Part shown: positions 57,540 through 64,000 of the stretch, in pieces | Layout of the letters: every line of letters begins with the position of its first letter | How positions within the stretch are numbered: the stretch's first letter is position 1 | Origin: Candidatus Dormiibacterota bacterium | GTDB lineage: Bacteria; Chloroflexota; Dormibacteria; Aeolococcales; Aeolococcaceae | Direction of reading: 5' to 3' | Assembly: GCA_963709585.1 (NCBI GenBank) | Contig: CAVPXI010000007.1 | Span: 550,024 to 614,023, forward strand | DNA length: 64,000 nt | Notes under the pieces: model-generated | What the model was told of the DNA's origin: nothing | The model's input: only the letters and a program-made list of their open reading frames with translations | Database searches by the model: none | Program-made: the position numbers and the translations under genes

Positions 57540-58580
57540 CCTGCCTCGTCGTCGGCGACGCTGAGGATCAACTTCCCGAAGTTCGCGCCCGTGTAGAGGT
57601 GGAGCAAGGTCTCGGGGAAGTGCTCCATCCCGCTGACCACGTGCTCGACCGATTTCAGCTGTCCGCCGGCGAGCCAGCCGAACAGTTCCCGGGTGGCTTC
57701 CGCGTAGCGTTTGGCGTAGTCGAAGACCACGAATCCCTCCATCCGCGCGCGGTCCACGAGTAGGGTCATGTAATTCGCCGGCCCTCGTGCGGGTCCATGG
57801 TTGTTGTATTGCGAGATCGAGCCGCAGATGACCACGCGTGCATGGCGTGCGAGCCTGGTGAGGACGGTGTCGAGAATCTCGCCGCCGACATTGTCGAAGT
57901 AGACGTCAACTCGGTCCGGACAGAGCTCGCGAAGCCTCGCCCGCACGTCCTCGCTCTTGTAGTCGATCGCCGCGTCGAAGCCGAGCTCGTCGACGATGAC
58001 CCGGCATTTCTCCGCCCCGCCGGCGATCCCCACGACGCGGCAGCCCTTGATCTTCGCGATCTGCCCGACCAGTTGGCCGACCGCACCCGCCGCCGCTGAA
58101 ACCACCACCGTTTCACCCGCGACCGGCCGCCCGACCTCGAGCAGACCGAAGTACGCGGTCATGCCCGGTATCCCCAGCACGCTCAGGTACTGGGGCAGCG
58201 GCGCCGCGTCGATCGCCACCCGCACGACTCCTCTGCCATCACTGATCGCGTAGTCCTGGACGCCGAACGTCCCGGTCACGTGGTCGCCTGCTTTGAAGTC
58301 GGCATGGCGCGATGCCACCACCCGGCCCAGGCCGCCCGCCCGCATCACCTCGCCGATGCCGACCGGCGGCACATAGGACCGGCGGTCGTTCATCCATCCA
58401 CGCATGGCCGGGTCGAGCGAGATGTAGAGGAACTCGAACCAGAAACTCACCGTCCACGGGATCGGAAACCGGGGCAGTGGTGAATTCCCAGTCGGTCGAC
58501 ACCGGCAGCCCCGTGGGACGCGCGGCGAGGCGCCACTGACGGTTGACCGGAGCGGCAGACGGTATCGGAGTGGAGGTCAT
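57536..58580 (-). CDS. NADP-dependent alkenal reductase (CurA-like); apparent +1 frameshift at ~58431
   Basis: NRQWRLAARP.G.P in one frame, YISLDPAMRGWM and GMTAYFG in another; length is 3n+1. Confidence 0.9.
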
Positions 58581-58620
58581 CGCATCAGCCTACGCGCGAG
58601 CGGCTGGTAGGCTCTGCCCA

Positions 58621-59497
58621 GTGTTGAGCGTCGGACTGATCCTCTTCCTCGCCGCGCTCCAGGGAGTCACCGAACTCTTTCCGGTGTCGTCGCTCGGCCA
58701 CGCGGTGGTGGTGCCCCCGCTGATCGGGCTCAGTTTCCGCGAGACCAGCCCGGCGTTCGTGCCGGTGCTCGCGATCCTGCACCTTGGGACCGCCGCAGCC
58801 CTGCTGTTCCTGTACCGGCGCGACTGGGCGCGGATCATCACCGGGTTCGTGCGCGCCGCGGCGCGGGGCCGGATCGACGATCCGGACCAGCGTCTGGCGA
58901 TCATGCTGGTCATCGGCACCGTCCCGACCGGGATCATCGGATTCCTCCTTCAAGATCCGCTGAAGTCGCTGTTCGGTGATCCTCGAGCCGCATCGGTCTT
59001 CCTCATCATCAACGGAGGCATCCTCTTCGCCGCCGAGATGTTCCGGCGTCGGGACGAGCGGCGGCGCGCCGTGGGGAGCGCACCGGTGCTCGCCCACGAG
59101 GAGGACGATCCCGCCTACGCGCGCGTCGAGGGTCTCAGCCTGCGCACCACCGTCATCGTCGGTGTGTTCCAGGCCGGCGCCCTCCTGCCCGGGATCTCGC
59201 GCTCCGGGATCACCATGGCGGCGGGCCTGGTTGCCGGGCTCCGCCACGAGGAGGCGGCCCGGTTCTCGTTCCTGCTCGCGACCCCGATCATCCTTGCCGC
59301 CGGTCTGCTCGAGCTTCCGAACTCTCGGCTCCGACACCCCGACGTTGCTGGTCGCCATCGGGGCCGCCGTCCTTGCCGGCCTGGTGGCCTACGCCAGCGC
59401 CCGCTTCCTGCTCCGCTACCTCCAACTCGGACGTCTCGACCCCTTCGCGTATTACTGTGCCGCTCTCGGGGTAGCAGGCCTCGTCTTCATCCACTGA
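58621..59497 (+). CDS. uppP: Undecaprenyl-diphosphate phosphatase; apparent +1 frameshift at ~59320
   Basis: QGVTELFPVSSLGH, PGISRSG, FSFLLATP; C-terminal LDPFAYYC in another frame. Confidence 0.92.
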
Positions 59498-59572
59498 AGG
59501 TCGTGAACTCATTGCCGAACTCAGGAAGCCCTTCGCAGCGGGGGCACGACCGCACTCACCGGGGGATCTGTC

Positions 59573-59782
59573 ATGCGTGGTAGCCGTCCACTAGCGCTCG
59601 CGCTGCTCGTTCTAGCCGTGATCTTCGCGATCGCGACGGTCTTCTACTTCACCCAGAAGACCAACTTCCTCGCGTCCGGCCGCCCGGCGATGCACTGGAA
59701 GCACGCGCTCGTGTTCCTCGTTCTCACGCTGCTGGCAGTCATCGCGGCGAACTTCGCGCGGCCCAAGTCCATCAGAGCCTGA
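59573..59782 (+). CDS. Small two-TM membrane protein
   Basis: Two hydrophobic helices flanking HWKH; GGGGG SD-like sequence. Confidence 0.7.
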   Translation: MRGSRPLALALLVLAVIFAIATVFYFTQKTNFLASGRPAMHWKHALVFLVLTLLAVIAANFARPKSIRA

Positions 59783-59796
59783 CCTCGGGCCGACAT

Positions 59797-60285
59797 TTGA
59801 CTCCCGACCGCGCGGTAGAGATCTATCGCCAGGAGTTCAGCGACACGCGACGGGAACGGCTGTTTCTGTCGTCGGTGTCATTCTTCACGACGTTCGCGAC
59901 AACCCGGGCGATCACCCACGCGATCCGCGACGGGGTGGGGCCGTTCCGCAACCTCACCGTGGGCGGCCGCCATTTCCACCACCTCGTCCTCGGCATCGCC
60001 GGCCTCCTCGGCACCGGCTATCTCTGGCTCGTCGAGCTCGACACGGCAGAGCGAACCACGGGTACGGACGACGCCCTGGCGAAATTCACGTCGATCCTCT
60101 ATGGCGGTGCCGCGGCGCTCACGCTCGACGAGTTCGCGCTCTGGCTCGACCTCGAGGATGTCTACTGGACAAGGCAGGGACGCGCGAGCATCGACGCGGT
60201 GGTGCTGTTCGGGGGCGTGCTCTCGATCGGTCTGTGGGGCGGCTCGTTCTTCCGGAGACTCTTCCGAGAGATCTCGCATCTCTGA
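59797..60285 (+). CDS. Hypothetical membrane protein
   Basis: GGRHFHHLVLG, LTLDEFALWL.L.DVYW...GR.SID pattern. Confidence 0.8.
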   Translation: MTPDRAVEIYRQEFSDTRRERLFLSSVSFFTTFATTRAITHAIRDGVGPFRNLTVGGRHFHHLVLGIAGLLGTGYLWLVELDTAERTTGTDDALAKFTSILYGGAAALTLDEFALWLDLEDVYWTRQGRASIDAVVLFGGVLSIGLWGGSFFRRLFREISHL

Positions 60286-60304
60286 TCCCCGGGTGCGCTG
60301 ACGG

Positions 60305-61882
60305 TCACCACGCGTCGACGTACCCACGCTTGCGTGCCTCGCCCGGAGAGGCCCCGGTGTTGATGATCACCGCGGCCGCCAGATCTCGGGTTGCTGCCGG
60401 GTCGACCACGTCGTCGATCTCGAAATACGTTGCGGTGTTGAGCGCTGTCCCGCGTGCGTACGCGTCCGCGACCATGGCGTCGAACTGCGCCGCTCGCGCC
60501 TCGGCGTCCGCGATCGCCTCCAGCTCCTTGCGGTAGCCGAGTTTCACCGCTCCCTCGAGCCCCATACCACCGAACTCACCGGTGGGCCATGCCACAGTCA
60601 TCAGCGGAGCGCGGAAGCTCCCACCCGCCATCGCCTGCGCTCCGAGCCCATAGCCCTTGCGCAGCACGACGGTCATGAAGGGAACCGTGAGCGCCGCGCC
60701 GGCGAGGAACAGCCGGCTGGCATGGCGAACCAGCGCGGTGGCTTCCGCATCGGGTCCGACCATGATTCCCGGTGTGTCGCAGAGAAAGAGAACCGGCAGC
60801 CGGAACGCTTCGCACAGCTGCAGGAAGCGCGCGGCCTTGTCGGCGCAGTCGCTGGTGATCGCTCCCGCGAGGTGCATGGGATTGTTGGCGACGATGCCGA
60901 CTGGACGGCCCTCGATGCGCGCGAGGACGGTGACCATCCCGCGTCCGAACCCCGGTCGCAACTCGAGCGACGAATCGGTGTCGGCGATGATCTCGATGGC
61001 GCGGTGCACGTCGTAGGCGCGACGCCGGTTCTCGGGAACGACGTCGCGCAGCGCGTCTTGATCCGCCGCCTGCCATGCCGCGATCGGGCCCTGGAAGAAC
61101 GAGAGCGCATGCCGGGCGAGGCGGACCGCATCGGCCTCGTCGGTTGCCGCGAGGTCGATGACGCCGTTCTTCACCTGCATGTCGAAGGGCCCGACCTGGT
61201 CGGCGTTCACGACTCCAAGCCCGCCCCCCTCGATCATCGCGGGGCCGCCCATGCCGATGCTCGCGTCCGGGGTCGCGATGATCAGGTCGGAGCATCCGAG
61301 CAGCGCCGCGTTGCCGGCAAAGCAGCGACCCGACGCGATCCCGATTCGCGGGACCAGGCCCGAGAGCCGCGCCCAGAGCGCGAACGCCAGGACATCGAGA
61401 CCGGCGACCATCGCCTGGTCGGTGTCACCCGGCCTGCCGCCGCCGCCCTCAGCGAAGAGCACGACCGGCAGGCGCCGGCGTTCGATGACCTCGAAGAGAC
61501 GGTCTTTCTTGCGGTGCCCCATGGCTCCCTGGGTCCCAGCGAGCACGGTGTAGTCGTACGAGAGGACGGCGCAATGCGCTCGGTCGGCGCCGACCAGCGC
61601 GCTGTTCACGCGCGCGACGCCCGCGATGAGCCCGTCGGCGGGAGTCCGCTGCACCAGGTCGTCGACGCTGCGACGGCCGCGCTGGGCCGCGATCGCGAGG
61701 CCGCCGTACTCGACGAAGCTGCCGTCGTCGTACAGGTCGGCGAGGTTCTCACGAGCGGTCCGGCGACCTGCCGCATGGCGGCGTGCTACGGCGTCCGCGC
61801 GGCCGCCGTCACGGCTCAGGTTCCGGCGTCGGAGCGTCTCGGCGAGGTCGGGACGCATGCTCTCAGGTTCCAGCTCGTGCAT
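60305..61882 (-). CDS. Acyl-CoA carboxylase carboxyl transferase subunit
   Basis: YDYTVLAGTQG, EGGGGRPGD, DTPG.MVG, RKGYGLG. Confidence 0.92.
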   Translation of the reverse strand: MHELEPESMRPDLAETLRRRNLSRDGGRADAVARRHAAGRRTARENLADLYDDGSFVEYGGLAIAAQRGRRSVDDLVQRTPADGLIAGVARVNSALVGADRAHCAVLSYDYTVLAGTQGAMGHRKKDRLFEVIERRRLPVVLFAEGGGGRPGDTDQAMVAGLDVLAFALWARLSGLVPRIGIASGRCFAGNAALLGCSDLIIATPDASIGMGGPAMIEGGGLGVVNADQVGPFDMQVKNGVIDLAATDEADAVRLARHALSFFQGPIAAWQAADQDALRDVVPENRRRAYDVHRAIEIIADTDSSLELRPGFGRGMVTVLARIEGRPVGIVANNPMHLAGAITSDCADKAARFLQLCEAFRLPVLFLCDTPGIMVGPDAEATALVRHASRLFLAGAALTVPFMTVVLRKGYGLGAQAMAGGSFRAPLMTVAWPTGEFGGMGLEGAVKLGYRKELEAIADAEARAAQFDAMVADAYARGTALNTATYFEIDDVVDPAATRDLAAAVIINTGASPGEARKRGYVDAW

Positions 61883-61932
61883 CTGGTGAGCTTAGGGTCG
61901 CCGGCGGCGTTCTGCGTCAATCGCCGTGAGAT

Positions 61933-62082
61933 TCAGTTCGGTGAACCGGTCTCCATGAACCAGACACGGATCGTTGCTGTCAAGTCTGGCTCGAACGTGC
62001 CGCGGGTCCAGATCACCGTCGCGCTGGGTGCGCACAGCTACGGCAGCTGGGTAACGGTTCGGTGTACGTCGTCATCCGACGC
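61933..62082 (-). pseudogene. Remnant resembling the C-terminal part of a SAM-dependent methyltransferase
   Basis: Reads SDDDVHRTVTQLP*LCAPSATVIWTRGTFEPDLTATIRVWF with in-frame TAG at 62038-40 and no start codon; family recalled from memory. Confidence 0.5.
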
Positions 62083-62113
62083 CAGCTCGGTATCAAGCTC
62101 AAAAAAAACGCAG

Positions 62114-62156
62114 TGCCCGCTCAGGGATTCGAACCCTGGACCTTGGGATTAAGAGT
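62114..62156 (-). tRNA. 3' fragment of tRNA-Lys(CTT); att site, not an intact tRNA
   Basis: Minus strand ACTCTTAATCCCAAGGTCCAGGGTTCGAATCCCTGAGCGGGCA = anticodon loop, T arm and 3' acceptor strand; D arm and 5' acceptor strand absent. Confidence 0.88.
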
Positions 62157-62389
62157 TCGCTGGACATCGATCTTCGCGGAAGCCAGCCCTATTCCAGTAG
62201 GGTCCATTGCGTCCGCAGAGGTCTGTTGTCGGCCAATGGAAATGTTGTAACTAAGGTTGCTGGTTCGTCGAGCTGAAGTCAGTCTTGGATCGATCGGCGA
62301 CGTGCATTTCCGCGAGCGACCGTGAGTAATCGCCAAGTCCTACTCCGATCCCTTTGAGCGCGAGGGGGGATTCAAGATGCCGCCGGCCT

Positions 62390-62926
62390 TCATTGTCCGA
62401 CCGCTCGACGGATCGGCACGACCAGGCCTGACGCTCCCGTCACCACGGTTGTAACGTAAGTCCGGAAGTGCGCCGACATACCTGCCAGCGCGTCGTCCAA
62501 GCGAACGACGCGGACGTCCTCGTCCAGCGGGATGGCCTCGGCCAACTCCGCCACGGACCGAGCAAGTCGGATGTTGCTAGAGCTGCGCCCGAACACCATG
62601 TACAGAGGTCTCGACGTCATGATCTCGAACCCTGGAGTTCCGGGTCGCGGGATCGCCTTGATCGCAGCCGCGCCGTCCTTGCTCTTCAGGTGCTCGTCGA
62701 GGCGGTGGTAGGCGGCCACCAGAAGGGCTTCCTCCATGGCGAACCACGGGCCTTTCGAGACGCGCTCGTGCTTCTCCCAGTACATAACGGTTCTTGTATC
62801 GACGCGCAACTGTGCCGCGACCTCGGCGCGCGAGATCACTTCAAGCGAGTTGCGGGGAATTTCCTCAGAAATTTCCACCGAAGTTTCCACGTATGTTACT
62901 GTGCCGCCATGGCGTCGCGAGATCAA
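62390..62926 (-). CDS. MerR/Xis-like HTH protein (start may be GTG 62839)
   Basis: SRAEVAAQLRVDTRTVMYWEK winged-HTH pattern. Confidence 0.7.
   Translation of the reverse strand: MISRRHGGTVTYVETSVEISEEIPRNSLEVISRAEVAAQLRVDTRTVMYWEKHERVSKGPWFAMEEALLVAAYHRLDEHLKSKDGAAAIKAIPRPGTPGFEIMTSRPLYMVFGRSSSNIRLARSVAELAEAIPLDEDVRVVRLDDALAGMSAHFRTYVTTVVTGASGLVVPIRRAVGQ
62857..62892. repeat. Three tandem imperfect 12-bp direct repeats
   Basis: GAATTTCCTCAG / AAATTTCCACCG / AAGTTTCCACGT. Confidence 0.7.
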
Positions 62927-62927
62927 G

Positions 62928-62948
62928 CGAACAGATGTTTGCTATCCT
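62928..62948 (+). promoter_or_regulatory. LexA (SOS) box overlapping an extended -10
   Basis: CGAAC-AGAT-GTTTG 62928-41, then TGn-TATCCT ending at 62948. Confidence 0.7.
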
Positions 62949-62985
62949 CGCCCTCACCACAAATCCGTCGGGGAGGCCGTCAGCG

Positions 62986-63141
62986 ATGAAGTCGCCGAAC
63001 GATCGAGTGGATCGGGAGCGTGCCCGGGCCGCTACCGCCTTCGGTGGTCTCTGCTCCCAGCTCGCCCTGGCGGCCGCCAGGGTGCGAGATGAGCGTGACT
63101 TGACATCCTGGGACCGCGGCGTTCTGAGTTCGGGCGGTTGA
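62986..63141 (+). CDS. 51-aa hypothetical protein, putatively SOS-induced
   Basis: GGGAGG SD, ATG 62986, downstream of the LexA box. Confidence 0.5.
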   Translation: MKSPNDRVDRERARAATAFGGLCSQLALAAARVRDERDLTSWDRGVLSSGG

Positions 63142-63148
63142 GGGATTC

Positions 63149-63448
63149 ATGCAGGGCGCCGAGTGGCTTCGACGAGTTGAAGGGATTGAGCCAACGACCG
63201 ACGGCTCCTCGCTCGCGGCGCCAGCCGTCATGGGCGAAGGGTGGATTGGTCAGGCGCTCCCGCGGATCCCGACTGCTGAGGCTGCGGCCACTCTAGACGG
63301 GTGGGCTCAGCTGCTCAGGCGGCTTGCCGAGCATCCCGAACATGCCGTTGCGCTGCGCGTCTACGAGATATTTCAACCGCTCGCCGAGGAGGCGCTAAAG
63401 GATGCCGCCTCCGAAGGTGAGGTATTGCTGACGCCTAGCGTTCGCTAA
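63149..63448 (+). CDS. Hypothetical protein
   Basis: 99-aa ORF with GAGGG SD; tight spacing with both neighbours. Confidence 0.55.
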   Translation: MQGAEWLRRVEGIEPTTDGSSLAAPAVMGEGWIGQALPRIPTAEAAATLDGWAQLLRRLAEHPEHAVALRVYEIFQPLAEEALKDAASEGEVLLTPSVR

Positions 63449-63453
63449 TCGCA

Positions 63454-64000
63454 ATGACGGCGCGTATCGACGCGCGGATTCGAGGCGTCGCTACCCGGAT
63501 TGACGGGTTCGCAGGTCAAGTCGAGACGTACGCGAGCAAAACCACCCCGGCCCGCGAAGGCACGCTAATGGCGCTGGACGTTGTCGCCGCGTACGTTCCA
63601 TGGTTGCGCGGTCGTCTCGACGACGAAGTCGCGGCGAGCACGGACGATCGCTCTCTTCTTTCCTTCCTCCAAACGGTCGTGCTGGACCTCTTCGATGCGT
63701 CCGACTTCGTGGACGAGTGGTTCAGCGAGACCAGCGTGCAGGGCGTGCCCCTTCCTTTGGTAGAGGGCGTAGAGCGCGAATGCGAGTTGCTAGGCGTCGG
63801 TCCGCGCAAAGCAGTCCTTGCCGTTGGCCCGTCGCACGAGTTCCACACGGCTGCCCATGAGTTCTCCAGCCTCATCTTTCGAGGCGTGGCGGCGGGGGCT
63901 GAACCCGACGGCCTACCCGGCACACAATTCGCGATGATCCGCATCCCTCGGGTTGAGGCGAACTCGAAGTTTCTGGTGGCCAGCGATCCTGGGTCACGAA
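63454..64000 (+). CDS. Hypothetical protein, possibly HExxH metallopeptidase-like (3' truncated; apparent +1 frameshift at ~63961)
   Basis: Open from ATG 63454; removing one A at GAACTC gives IPRVEATRSFWWPAILGHE at the window end. Confidence 0.6.
   Translation, partial: MTARIDARIRGVATRIDGFAGQVETYASKTTPAREGTLMALDVVAAYVPWLRGRLDDEVAASTDDRSLLSFLQTVVLDLFDASDFVDEWFSETSVQGVPLPLVEGVERECELLGVGPRKAVLAVGPSHEFHTAAHEFSSLIFRGVAAGAEPDGLPGTQFAMIRIPRVEANSKFLVASDPGSR

Larger units (their letters stand above)
62114..64000. mobile_element. Edge of an element integrated at tRNA-Lys (continues beyond the window)
   Basis: tRNA 3' fragment ending at the anticodon loop; visibly more A/T-ending codons; HTH gene; integrase not in window. 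Confidence 0.75.

Noticed and set aside
59499-59552. ZTP-like riboswitch (GGTCGTG...CACGACC stem)
   Set aside because: The GACTGGCG and CGCCTGGGC elements are absent and the downstream gene is not purine/folate related; a plain hairpin at most
62114-62340. Intact or intron-split tRNA-Lys
   Set aside because: No D arm or 5' acceptor strand in the window and no group I intron core recognised; an att duplication fits better

Overview
GC-rich chromosomal window spanning the replication origin of a monoderm-type bacterium (gene content suggests Ca. Dormiibacterota/Chloroflexota-like; inference only). Left to right: sufCBD-Rieske-sufS and sufU-sufT; a stand-alone LAGLIDADG-fold gene divergent from parAB; sod, a copC/copD fusion, lepB; the rpmH-rnpA-yidD-yidC-jag operon; dnaA-oriC-dnaN; an inverted UgtP-like glycosyltransferase-recF-dciA operon; folP/folK; two orphan DNA methyltransferases; a Upf1-like helicase and pseudo-glutaredoxin-PDZ pair; ECF sigma-ogt; two GGDEF-EAL proteins; fabI-fabF; and the edge of an element integrated at tRNA-Lys(CTT). 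Most notable: (1) almost every frameshift and several conserved-residue substitutions fall on GACTC/GAGTC, probably a footprint of DNA methylation in the base calls; (2) the LAGLIDADG gene at parAB has its own promoter and looks domesticated; (3) rpmH has an apparent AUC start; (4) two candidate structured RNAs; (5) a LexA box and direct-repeat operator in the island. All family assignments come from motif recognition by eye; no searches were run.
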